Shown piece by piece: positions 30,335 to 38,843 of a stretch of 64,000 nucleotides of DNA. This DNA comes from Acidimicrobiales bacterium (GTDB lineage: Bacteria; Actinomycetota; Acidimicrobiia; Acidimicrobiales; AC-14). A program made the translations under genes and the position numbers. The stretch covers positions 1,385-65,384 of the forward strand of contig JBBRXY010000009.1 of NCBI GenBank assembly GCA_038238185.1. The letters are read 5' to 3'. The first letter of the stretch is position 1. Each line of letters begins with the position of its first letter. The notes below the pieces were generated by a model. The model saw only the letters and a list, made by a program, of their open reading frames with translations, was not told the DNA's origin and ran no database searches.

Positions 30335-31080
30335 CGTCCGCTCCGACGGTGCTGGTGGTCGACGACGAGCCGGCCATCCTGCGGGCGCTTCGCGCCGGCC
30401 TCGAGGCCCGCGGCTACCGCGTCCGCACCGCCACCGACGGCCAGGGCGCCATCGACCTCGTGGCCCTGGAGGCACCCGACCTGGTCGTGCTCGATCTCGG
30501 GCTGCCCGACCTCGACGGTGTCGACGTCTGCCGGCGCATCCGCGGATGGACCGACGTTCCCATCGTCGTGCTGTCGGCGGACGGCTCGGACCAACGGAAG
30601 GTCGTCGCCCTCGACGAGGGGGCCGACGACTACGTGACCAAGCCCTTCTCCATGGCCGAGCTCCTGGCGCGGGTCCGCGTCGCCCTACGTCACCGCCCCG
30701 CCTCGGAGGCCGGCACTTCGTCCAGGCACGGAGCCGGACCGATCGACCAGTCCGTGCTCGAGGTGGGCGACCTGCGCGTCGATGTGGCTCGCCGTCATGT
30801 CGACGTCGGCGGACGCCGGGTCGAGCTCACGCCCAAGGAGTTCGCCTTCCTGGTGCTGCTGGCCCGCTGGCCGGGGCGGGTCCTCACCCACGGGGCCATC
30901 CTCGCCGACGTCTGGGGTCCGGGCTACGAGACAGAGACCCAGTACCTGCGCGTCTACGCCAGCCAGCTGCGCAAGAAGCTCGACGACGACCCCTCCCGTC
31001 CCCGGCTGGTGACCGAGCCCGGGGTGGGCTACCGCTTGGTGGACCCGTCGGAGTCCGGTGCCGGCGGTGGACCTGGGTAG
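30331..31080 (+). CDS. OmpR-family response regulator, KdpE-like
   Basis: VLVVDDEPAILRAL...DLVVLDLGLPDLDG...DDYVTKPFSMAELLARVRVALRH plus a winged helix (LTPKEFAFLVLLARWPGRVLTH...YLRVYASQLRKKL...TEPGVGYRL). GTGA overlap with the kinase gene. Confidence 0.9.
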   Translation: MTSAPTVLVVDDEPAILRALRAGLEARGYRVRTATDGQGAIDLVALEAPDLVVLDLGLPDLDGVDVCRRIRGWTDVPIVVLSADGSDQRKVVALDEGADDYVTKPFSMAELLARVRVALRHRPASEAGTSSRHGAGPIDQSVLEVGDLRVDVARRHVDVGGRRVELTPKEFAFLVLLARWPGRVLTHGAILADVWGPGYETETQYLRVYASQLRKKLDDDPSRPRLVTEPGVGYRLVDPSESGAGGGPG

Positions 31081-32951
31081 GACTCCTTGCTGTCGCCGGG
31101 TTTGTGCAGGTGGTACGGCACCGAGGTCACGACGGTGCCCTCCCGGAACAGGAGCTTGGCCTTGAGCATCAGCGCGCTCTGGTTGTGGAGCAGCTGTTCG
31201 TACCACTTGCCCACCACGAACTCGGGGATGACCACGGTGACGGTGTCGTTGTCCCAGCGGGCGTCGAGCTCGTCGATGTAGCGCTCGATGGGCCCGACCA
31301 GGTCGCGGTAGGGAGAGGGCACGATCTCGAGGGGGACGTCGATGCCCATGTCCTTCCACTGGCGTTCCAGGGCCAGGCGGTCCTCGTCCTCGTACGACAC
31401 GTAGACCGCCACCAGGTGCTGGGGACGCAGCGACCGGGCGTAGGACAGCGCCTTGAGCACGCCGCGGTGGACCCGGCCCACGAGCACGACGACCGTGTGA
31501 TTGATGGCCTCGGGGCGCACCGGCGCGCTCTCGACTGCGAGCGTGGCGGCGACACGGTCGTAATGACGCTTGATGGCCGTGAACAGGGCGATGATCGCCG
31601 GGACCACGATGATGGGCACCCATGCGCCCTGGGTGAACTTGGTGGTGGCGATGATGAGCAGGACGATGAACGTGGCCACCGACCCCACGGCGTTGATGGC
31701 GACGCCCCGCTGCCAGCCCGGTTCTTTGAGCCGGCGGTGATGCTGCACCATCCCTGCCTGACTCAGAGTGAACGCGGTGAACACACCCACCGCGTAGAGG
31801 GGGATGAGGGCATTGGTGAGGCCCCCGAAGGCGACCAGCAACGCGGCCGCAAGCACCGACAGGATGATGATGCCATTGGAGAACACCAAGCGGTCGCCCC
31901 GGCCCGACAGCTGCCGGGGCAGGTAGCCGTCGCGGGCGATCATCGACGACAGCAGGGGGAAACCGGCGTAAGCGGTGTTGGCGGCCAGGGTGAGGATGGC
32001 GGCGGTGGCGAACTGGAGGATGACGTAGAGGGGCCCACCTCCGTAGACGGCCTGGCCCATCTGCGAGATGACCGTCTCCTCGTGGCTGGGGAAGGGGTGG
32101 AGGTGGTGGGCCAGCACCGACACCCCGAAGAACAGGGTGCCCAGGATCAACCCCATCCAGGTGATGGTGACGGCGGCGTTCTTCGCTTCGGGCTTGCGAA
32201 AGCCGGGGACGCCGTTGGAGATGGCCTCGACGCCGGTGAGCGCCACCGCTCCCGACGAGAAGCCCCGCAGCAGCAGGACCAGGGTCAGCGACCCCCCCGC
32301 TTCGAGGACGGCCGACGACTTGGCCGGGTCGAACGGGATGGGGTCGATGCTGCCGAAGTAGGTCTGGAACAAGCCGTAGCCGACCAGGGCGGTGAGGCTG
32401 AAGATGTAGATGTAGGTGGGGATGGCGAAGACCGACCCCGACTCCTTGATGCCGCGCAGGTTGGCGACGGTGATCATGGCGATGAGGATCAGGCCGACCA
32501 GCACCCGTTTGCTCTCGAGCCCCCGGAACGCAGGCAGGGAGATGATGGCGGCTACCCCCGCGGAGATCGACACCGAGACGGTCAGCACGTAATCGACGAG
32601 GAGCGAAGCACCGGCGACCAGCGACGCCTTGTCGCCGAGGTTCTCGCGGCTGACGATGTAGGACCCGCCACCGCTGGGATAGGCGAAGATCGTCTGGCGG
32701 TACGACGCCACCACGAGGGTGAGCAGGACGGCCACCACGATGGAGATGGGCACCAACCTGGACAGGCCCAGGGCCAGGCTGGACGGGGCCAAGGCCACCA
32801 CGAACAGGATTTCCTCGGTGGCATAGGCCGTCGACGAGATGGCGTCGGAGGAGAACGTGGCCAGGGCGATGAGCTTGCGCAACCGCTGGTGATCCTGCTG
32901 ATCGGAGGGAATGGGCCGACCCACCAGCAGACGCTTGAACAACGACGACAT
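31029..32951 (-). CDS. APC-superfamily permease with a cytoplasmic C-terminal domain (copy 2)
   Basis: Paralog of 26978..29041 (LIALATFSSDAISSTAYATEEILFVV ... TSVPYHL). Its 3' end overlaps the convergent kdpE-like gene by 52 nt. Confidence 0.85.
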   Translation of the reverse strand: MSSLFKRLLVGRPIPSDQQDHQRLRKLIALATFSSDAISSTAYATEEILFVVALAPSSLALGLSRLVPISIVVAVLLTLVVASYRQTIFAYPSGGGSYIVSRENLGDKASLVAGASLLVDYVLTVSVSISAGVAAIISLPAFRGLESKRVLVGLILIAMITVANLRGIKESGSVFAIPTYIYIFSLTALVGYGLFQTYFGSIDPIPFDPAKSSAVLEAGGSLTLVLLLRGFSSGAVALTGVEAISNGVPGFRKPEAKNAAVTITWMGLILGTLFFGVSVLAHHLHPFPSHEETVISQMGQAVYGGGPLYVILQFATAAILTLAANTAYAGFPLLSSMIARDGYLPRQLSGRGDRLVFSNGIIILSVLAAALLVAFGGLTNALIPLYAVGVFTAFTLSQAGMVQHHRRLKEPGWQRGVAINAVGSVATFIVLLIIATTKFTQGAWVPIIVVPAIIALFTAIKRHYDRVAATLAVESAPVRPEAINHTVVVLVGRVHRGVLKALSYARSLRPQHLVAVYVSYEDEDRLALERQWKDMGIDVPLEIVPSPYRDLVGPIERYIDELDARWDNDTVTVVIPEFVVGKWYEQLLHNQSALMLKAKLLFREGTVVTSVPYHLHKPGDSKESYPGPPPAPDSDGSTKR

Positions 32952-33028
32952 GAGGACGCACGCTAGCCCCGGCGAACAGTGCCCTCAGGAGTTGTGTCAC
33001 GGTCCCGCGGCGTGTTGGATGGTGCGCC

Positions 33029-33682
33029 ATGCACGTCGTCGTCGTGGGCTGTGGGCGGGTGGGATCCGAGCTGGCCAACGCGCTCGAGCTCGACGGCCAC
33101 AGCGTCTCGATCATCGACAAGAACCGGTACGCCTTCCGCCGCCTGCCCGACAGTTTCGCGGGCAAGGCGATCGTCGGTTTCGGGTTCGACCGCTCCCATC
33201 TCGAAGATGCGGGGGTCAAGGAGGCCGACGCGCTGGCGGCCGTGACCAATGGCGACAACACCAACATCCTCACCGCCCGGATCGCCCGGGAGACCTACGA
33301 GATCCGCAACGTGGTGGCCCGTATCTACGACCCCCGCCGGGCTGCCATCTACCAGCGCCTCGGCATCCCCACGGTGGCCACGGTCGCCTGGACCACCGAC
33401 CAAGTGCTGCGACGCCTACTACCGGCTCGCTCGGTGACCGAGTGGAGCGACGCCACCGGCACGTTGAGCATCATCGAGTACCCCCTCCCCGACGCCTGGG
33501 CGGGCCACAAGCTGGTCGAGCTGGCCGAGGGCGACCGCTTCCGCCTGGTTGGCCTCACCCGGGGTGGAGATGCCCGCGTGGTCGGCCACGAGGCCGTCGG
33601 CCAAGAGGGCGACACTCTCCATCTCATCGTGCACCGTGACGCCATCGAGGACCTCGAGGCACGACTGGAGGGCCGACCGTGA
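33029..33682 (+). CDS. trkA: TrkA-family K+ transport NAD-binding regulatory protein (TrkA-N plus TrkA-C), first of two
   Basis: MHVVVVGCGRVGSELANALELDGHSVSIID...NGDNTNILTARIA Rossmann/RCK motifs. Confidence 0.9.
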   Translation: MHVVVVGCGRVGSELANALELDGHSVSIIDKNRYAFRRLPDSFAGKAIVGFGFDRSHLEDAGVKEADALAAVTNGDNTNILTARIARETYEIRNVVARIYDPRRAAIYQRLGIPTVATVAWTTDQVLRRLLPARSVTEWSDATGTLSIIEYPLPDAWAGHKLVELAEGDRFRLVGLTRGGDARVVGHEAVGQEGDTLHLIVHRDAIEDLEARLEGRP

Positions 33683-34356
33683 AGGTGGCCATCGCCGGCG
33701 CCGGCAACGTGGGCGTGTACATCGCCGCCGACCTGCGCGAGAACGGCCACGAGGTGATGCTCATCGAGCAGGACCCCGACCTGGTGGCCGTGCTGCGCCC
33801 CCGGCTCGACGTGCGCTGGTTCATCGCCGACGCCTGCGAGCCCGACAGCCTCCGGGCCGCCGGGTTCGACGAGATGGACGTGGTCGTGGCCGCCACCGGA
33901 GACGACGAGGACAATCTGGTCATCTCCCTTCTGTCGAAGCAGGAGTTCGCCGTTCCCAGAGTGGTGGCCCGGGTCAACCACCCCGACAACCAGTGGCTGT
34001 TCAACGAGTCGTGGGGAGTCGACGTCTCGGTATCGACGCCACACCTGCTGACGGCGCTGGTGGAGGAGGCCGTGCAGGTCGGTTCTCTGGTCCGCCTCCT
34101 GCAGTTCCAGGATGCCAATCTGGTCGAGGTCACCCTGGCCGCCGACTCGCCGGCGGTCGGGGTTTGCCTCAGCGATCTGGGCGTGCCGCGCGACGCCACC
34201 GTCGTCGCCGTCATCCGGGAGCGTCACGTGGTCGTGCCTCGAGGCGAGACCATGATGCAGGCGGCCGACGAGGTCCTCTTGCTCGTGAGCCCCGAGTCGG
34301 TCGACCAGGTGAAGGCGCTGCTGGTCGGCCCCGGAGGGCCGACGCCACTCGGTTAG
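33679..34356 (+). CDS. trkA: TrkA-family K+ transport NAD-binding regulatory protein, second of two
   Basis: MKVAIAGAGNVGVYIAADLRENGHEVMLIE...GDDEDNLVISLLSK. 4-nt overlap with the first trkA. Confidence 0.9.
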   Translation: MKVAIAGAGNVGVYIAADLRENGHEVMLIEQDPDLVAVLRPRLDVRWFIADACEPDSLRAAGFDEMDVVVAATGDDEDNLVISLLSKQEFAVPRVVARVNHPDNQWLFNESWGVDVSVSTPHLLTALVEEAVQVGSLVRLLQFQDANLVEVTLAADSPAVGVCLSDLGVPRDATVVAVIRERHVVVPRGETMMQAADEVLLLVSPESVDQVKALLVGPGGPTPLG

Positions 34357-34556
34357 TTCAGGACGACGAGGGAGATGATCGCCACCACGGCCACGAGGAT
34401 GACCACCGCGCCGACGATCCGGGCGGTCACGCTCCCGGGCGTGAGCCCGATGTTCTCCTCGACCGCGGCCCGTTCCTCGCGCATCTCGCGCTGGGGGTCC
34501 GAACCAACCTTCGGCAGGTGTTCCCGACCCTTGTGCTTCTCTCCCGAGCTGCCCAT
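34353..34556 (-). CDS. Hypothetical small tail-anchored membrane protein (67 aa)
   Basis: Charged N-terminus and a C-terminal TM helix (ARIVGAVVILVAVVAIISLVVL). No family recognised. Confidence 0.4.
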   Translation of the reverse strand: MGSSGEKHKGREHLPKVGSDPQREMREERAAVEENIGLTPGSVTARIVGAVVILVAVVAIISLVVLN

Positions 34557-34603
34557 TACGGGTAGCGTACCCGCCCGCGCCCGAGCCGATATCGTCCGGG
34601 GAC

Positions 34604-34951
34604 ATGACCAACGATTCCGTCAACGAGATCCCGATCTCGACCACGTTCGATCTTCCCGGCTACACCGTCGACCAGACACTGGGGCTCTGTTGGGGGATCA
34701 TCGTGCGTAGCGTGGGCACGATCAAGGGGATCAGCGGTTCGTTCCGATCGCTGCGGGCGGGCGAGGTGCCGCAGTACACCGAGGTGGTCTCCGAGGCCCG
34801 GCACACGGCGATGGAGCGCCTCATCGAGCACGCCAAGCAGTTGGGTGGCAACGCCGTGCTCGGCGTACGCTTCGATTCCTCCGACGTGGGGGAGAGCCTG
34901 GCCGAGATCGTCGCCTACGGCACTGCCGCCGTCGTGCGCCCTACCGGCTGA
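34604..34951 (+). CDS. YbjQ/UPF0145-family protein
   Basis: ISTTFDLPGYTVDQTLGLCWGIIVRSVG...RHTAMERLIEHAKQLGGNAVLGVRFDSS matches the YbjQ fold signature. Confidence 0.8.
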   Translation: MTNDSVNEIPISTTFDLPGYTVDQTLGLCWGIIVRSVGTIKGISGSFRSLRAGEVPQYTEVVSEARHTAMERLIEHAKQLGGNAVLGVRFDSSDVGESLAEIVAYGTAAVVRPTG

Positions 34952-34963
34952 GGCACGTCGGAT

Positions 34964-35329
34964 CTAGAGCAACTCGTAGCGGGGGTTGTAGAGGAACAGG
35001 CGGCGTCCCTGGCTGCCTGGGTTGACCCGTCCGCTCACCACGATCCTGCGGCCCGGGCAGACACCGGCGATCTGGCGCCGACCCATCCAGACGGCGACGA
35101 GGGAACCGCTGCCGTCCGTGATGGTGGCCTCCAACGAGGGCGACCCGGCGCGGGGGACGATCCGCAGGGCGCAGATCTCGCCCACCACAGCGACCTCTTG
35201 GCGGGCGTGAGCGTCGCCGATGGCCGTCATCCCCGCCTGGCCCGTGCAGAACTCGCGTAGCCGGGTGATGTCGAGCTCCGACGAGGTGGTCCGCAACTTC
35301 TTCAGGAGACGCTTCAACGTGAGCGGCAT
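34964..35329 (-). CDS. OB-fold nucleic-acid-binding-domain protein (copy 2)
   Basis: VAVVGEICALRIVPRAGSPSLEATITDGSGSLVAVWMGRRQIAGVCPGRRIVVSG...LYNPRYELL. Same architecture as 26631..26981. Confidence 0.65.
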   Translation of the reverse strand: MPLTLKRLLKKLRTTSSELDITRLREFCTGQAGMTAIGDAHARQEVAVVGEICALRIVPRAGSPSLEATITDGSGSLVAVWMGRRQIAGVCPGRRIVVSGRVNPGSQGRRLFLYNPRYELL

Positions 35330-35338
35330 GGGCGATCC

Positions 35339-35782
35339 TCAGTCGACGATGTCGTCGGCGGCATGCAACATCACCAGGCGCACCGCCGTTCCCCCTTGTG
35401 ACGAAGTGATCTCGACCTCGTCGACGAGGGCCCGGATCAGGGGGATCCCGAGTCCCCGTTCGAACTTGAGCCGGTCGGGATCGGTGACCGGCGGGTGATC
35501 GGGGAGCCGGGAAGGGTCGAAACCCGAGCCGCGATCTTCGATGCTGACCTCCAGGCCCCGGTCGTCGGCCCGGCAGCTGAGTCGTACGCGCTCGGCGGTG
35601 TCGATGGCGCCATGGGCCTCGATGGCGTTGGTGCAGGCTTCGGACACCGCCAGCTTGAGGTCGTCGACCCGCTCGTCGGCCAGTTGGATGTCGGTAGCGG
35701 CCATGGCCGAGACGACCAGGCGGGCCAGGGCGACGAACTCCGCTCGGGCCGGGATCTCCAGGGCTACGACGTCGGCGGCCAT
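35339..35782 (-). CDS. Anti-sigma factor serine kinase (RsbW/SpoIIAB-like, HATPase_c_2)
   Basis: LAVSEACTNAIEH-type N-box (LAVSEACTNAIEAHG) and G-boxes (IEDRGSGFD, ERGLGIPLIRALVDEV). Confidence 0.75.
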   Translation of the reverse strand: MAADVVALEIPARAEFVALARLVVSAMAATDIQLADERVDDLKLAVSEACTNAIEAHGAIDTAERVRLSCRADDRGLEVSIEDRGSGFDPSRLPDHPPVTDPDRLKFERGLGIPLIRALVDEVEITSSQGGTAVRLVMLHAADDIVD

Positions 35783-35834
35783 GCGATCCTCAGGGCGTCG
35801 GCTTCTTGGGAATGCTCGGACGCCTCCCCGGGAC

Positions 35835-36173
35835 TCAGGAGTCGGCGGTCGCCTCGTCGACCGACGTGTGGATGGCGAACACCTTGGTCAGCCCGGTGAT
35901 CTCGAACACCTTCAGGATGCGGCTCTGGTTGCACACGAGAACGAGGTCGCCGTCGTGGCTGCGCAGACGCTTGAGTCCACCGACGAGAACGCCCAGGCCG
36001 GTGGAGTCGAGGAACTCGACACCGTCGAGGTCGACGACGATCTGGTGCTTGCCCTCGGTCACGAGCTCGATGAGCCGTTCCCGGAATTTAGGGGCGGTAT
36101 AGACGTCGACCTCACCGTGGACGCTGAGCACCGTGTACTTGCCCTGTTCCTTGACGTTGAGGCCAAGATCCAT
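35835..36173 (-). CDS. STAS-domain anti-sigma-factor antagonist (RsbV/SpoIIAA-like)
   Basis: [20 protein letters not shown]...[24 protein letters not shown] contains the conserved phosphorylatable DSTG motif. AGGAGA Shine-Dalgarno. Confidence 0.85.
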   Translation of the reverse strand: MDLGLNVKEQGKYTVLSVHGEVDVYTAPKFRERLIELVTEGKHQIVVDLDGVEFLDSTGLGVLVGGLKRLRSHDGDLVLVCNQSRILKVFEITGLTKVFAIHTSVDEATADS

Positions 36174-36245
36174 CCCGTTTCTCCTATCTCTCCGGTTGCA
36201 AAGCTACCAAGTCCACGTGACTGGGTAGGACGTCTCTGGTCTCGT

Positions 36246-36887
36246 TCACGGGTTAGCGGTGGCCAGGTACCGGATGCGGCCGGCGATGTTGACGGCGTGG
36301 TCGCCGAGACGCTCGTAGAACCGTCCGACGAGGGCCAGCTCGATAGCCACGGGGATGGAGACCGTCCCCGAAGCCAGCTCGGCCGTGAGGCTGATGTGCA
36401 CATCGTCGAGCTCGTCGTCGCTCTCCCGGAGCTGGGCGGCGGCGGTGCCGTCACGCTCGACGTAGGCCTCGGCCGTCGCCCGCCACATCTGCACCCCGAC
36501 CCGGCCCATCTGCTCGATGAGGCCCCGGATGCGTGGGGTGAGCTCGGGGGTAAGACCACGAGCCGCCCGCTGGGCGATGTGCTCGGTGAGGTCGCCGCTG
36601 CGCTCCAGCTCGGGCACGATGCGCAGGACGGACAGGAGGAAGCGCAGGTCTTCGGCCATGGGTGACTGCAGGGCGATGACGCTCTGAACGAGCTCCTCGA
36701 CCTCGACGTAAATGTCGTCGATGATCCGGTCGCGCGCGACCAGGGCACGGGCCGACTCCCGGTCACCGGCCAACAGGGCGTCGGTGGCGCCGGCCAGGCC
36801 TTCGCTGACGAGGGCGAACAGCTGCAGGACCTGAGCGTCGATCTGGTCGAGCTCACGGTGGAAGGCGACTCGTAGTTCCTCGGGCAC
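36246..36887 (-). CDS. phoU: Phosphate signalling complex protein PhoU
   Basis: Duplicated PhoU repeats (FHRELDQIDAQVLQLF...ARDRIIDDIYVEVEE and ESDDELDDVHISL...RFYERLGDHAVNIAGRIRYL). Confidence 0.9.
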   Translation of the reverse strand: MPEELRVAFHRELDQIDAQVLQLFALVSEGLAGATDALLAGDRESARALVARDRIIDDIYVEVEELVQSVIALQSPMAEDLRFLLSVLRIVPELERSGDLTEHIAQRAARGLTPELTPRIRGLIEQMGRVGVQMWRATAEAYVERDGTAAAQLRESDDELDDVHISLTAELASGTVSIPVAIELALVGRFYERLGDHAVNIAGRIRYLATANP

Positions 36888-36915
36888 GATCCGACCCTAG
36901 GTGATGGCGTCGCCG

Positions 36916-38097
36916 TCAGTGCTCCAGGGGCTGGGCCAGCACGCGCCGGTTGAACCGCCGCAGGTGGAGGGCGAACACGCACATGAGCAGGCCGGTGGCG
37001 ACTGGCAGGAGCAGGGTTCTGCGGCTCGTCGAATGACCGAGGATCTCCACGGAATCGGCTCCGGCGTCGGAGGCGTTCTTCGGCCCGAAGGGCAGAGTGG
37101 CCGAGAAGGTGCCGTCGGGCAGCGTGACCCCCCCGGGCACGGCGATCTTGGGCGGGGCACCCCCCGCGGCGAGGAACGAGGACAGGTCGAGCGGGGCGGG
37201 AGAGCCAGTTGTGAACGCCCCGCCGGGTCCGGGAGCGGCGAGGGCACCCGGCCCGCCCGGTCCGCCGGCGGGCGATCCCGGCCCACCCGGTCCACCTGGC
37301 CCACCGGGCGATCCCGGCGGGGGGGGAACCGACACTGCGGCCCCCGCCGATGCCGCAATGGCCCGATTGCTGACCTCGCCGTTGCCGTCGGGCCGGACGG
37401 CCACCACGAGGTACTGGAACTGCCCACCCGACTGCGCCGTGGTGGTGTCGGTCCAGCTCACGGTCGACCCGTCCGGCGGTTGGGGAATGTTCGGCCCCAC
37501 GGGCTGGAAGCCCGACCCTCCCGGGCCCGTCCGCTGGACCTGGTAGCCCACCAGGTCGGGTTCGGTGTTTCGCGTCCACTTCAAGGTGACACTGCGGTCC
37601 GGATTGGAAGAGGCGGTCACGTTGGCCGGGGGAGCGGGAGCAACTTCGATGTTGAAGCTCGTGTCTTGCCTGGTGGTCACCGGGGCGTTGTTCAGGACGG
37701 CATCGAGGATCTTCCTGCCCGAGACCACGACCGCGACGTCGTAGGGGCCGTTGTAATCGAGCCCCTGGGCCGTGAACGAGAAGTGGGTGGCCTTCTGGCC
37801 CACCGGGTCGGCGCAGTCGCCGCACGACGGGGAGGTGCCGGGGTGCAGGCGGGAGGTCATGGTGATCTCGGCGCCGGTGATCCAATCGAGCTGGCCCGCC
37901 ATCTCCGCCGATCCCGACACCGTGGCGCTGGCGCCGTCGACCCCCGGCGGGTCGACATTGACGGTGAGGGCCGGGTCGGCCATCGCTGTGGTGGCCGGTG
38001 CTACCAAGGCCAGTGACGCGATCGCCGCCGTGGCCATGCCGGCCACCGCCCGGCGGACTCTGCCACCCTGCTCGGGCCGGGCCGCTCGGGCCCTCAT
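36916..38097 (-). CDS. Secreted FN3-domain surface protein with a Pro/Gly-rich linker and a C-terminal hydrophobic anchor
   Basis: Start at the ATG at 38097 in ATGA overlap with the sortase stop. Signal peptide (AVAGMATAAIASLALVAPATTAMA). FN3 domain (PPANVTASSNPDRSVTLKWTRNTEPDLVGYQVQR). PGGPGGPGGPGSPAGGPGGPG linker. Tail LLLPVATGLLMCVFALHLRRFNRR. Confidence 0.7.
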   Translation of the reverse strand: MRARAARPEQGGRVRRAVAGMATAAIASLALVAPATTAMADPALTVNVDPPGVDGASATVSGSAEMAGQLDWITGAEITMTSRLHPGTSPSCGDCADPVGQKATHFSFTAQGLDYNGPYDVAVVVSGRKILDAVLNNAPVTTRQDTSFNIEVAPAPPANVTASSNPDRSVTLKWTRNTEPDLVGYQVQRTGPGGSGFQPVGPNIPQPPDGSTVSWTDTTTAQSGGQFQYLVVAVRPDGNGEVSNRAIAASAGAAVSVPPPPGSPGGPGGPGGPGSPAGGPGGPGALAAPGPGGAFTTGSPAPLDLSSFLAAGGAPPKIAVPGGVTLPDGTFSATLPFGPKNASDAGADSVEILGHSTSRRTLLLPVATGLLMCVFALHLRRFNRRVLAQPLEH

Positions 38098-38726
38098 GCC
38101 TGTTTCAGGTCCTTGGAGAGTGTGGCCTTGATCACGAGGCGCTCGGCAGCCGAGCCCTTGGGGTGACAGGTGGTGAGGGTGAGCGTGCGGTTGCCCCCCC
38201 TGGCGTCGAGCACCGAGAGGTCGTTGGGAGTTACGACGAACGGTTCCTTGGACACCTGGTACACGCATCCGCCGACGGGCGTGTCGAGCTCGATGGTGGA
38301 TCCCACTTTGAGCCGGTCGACGTTGGCGAAGGGCTTGCCGAAGGTGGTGCGGTGCCCGGCGATGGCCACGTTGCCGACATCGCAGGGGAGCGCGGTACTC
38401 GGGTAGTGGCCGGCTCCGGCCCGCAGGGCGCTCGGCGTGGTCCCCTCGACCACGACCACGTCCACACCGATGTCGGGGATCTTGAGGCGGGTGAGGCTGT
38501 CACCCGTGCCTACCTTGCGGTCCTTGTAAGCCTGGCGGAGCTCGGGGCTGGCCAACTGCTTGCCGAGGCGGTCCTGGAGGCGGCCCTGCCAGAGGTTGCT
38601 GGCCAGCGGGTAGGCGACCAGCACCAGCCCGGCGAGGAGGAGCATGACGGACACCGCGGACAGCGTTCGCCGCAGCCACAGCTTGGAGCTGAGCAGCTCC
38701 GAGACGGATTGTCTTTCCTGGGTCAC
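38094..38726 (-). CDS. Class E sortase
   Basis: N-terminal TM anchor, AIAGHRTTFGKPF and the catalytic LTLTTCHP (TLxTC) motif. Length and motifs are typical of actinobacterial SrtE. Confidence 0.9.
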   Translation of the reverse strand: MTQERQSVSELLSSKLWLRRTLSAVSVMLLLAGLVLVAYPLASNLWQGRLQDRLGKQLASPELRQAYKDRKVGTGDSLTRLKIPDIGVDVVVVEGTTPSALRAGAGHYPSTALPCDVGNVAIAGHRTTFGKPFANVDRLKVGSTIELDTPVGGCVYQVSKEPFVVTPNDLSVLDARGGNRTLTLTTCHPKGSAAERLVIKATLSKDLKQA

Positions 38727-38843
38727 GGTCTTTCCCGGGTCACTAGAGAATCACGCACTGGAGATTCACGGTTGTTGGGCTCTCCGAGGGTACCGGACGA
38801 GCCCGCTTCAACTGGGCCGCTCAGAGCCGGAAATTCCGGACCT

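Noticed and set aside
36916-37010. C-terminal LLLPVATG-TM-RRFNRR of the FN3 protein read as a sortase sorting signal.
   Set aside because: The motif has an extra residue relative to LPxTG and does not match LAxTG. It may simply be a TM anchor. It is kept as a caveat within the tad-sortase finding rather than a separate claim.
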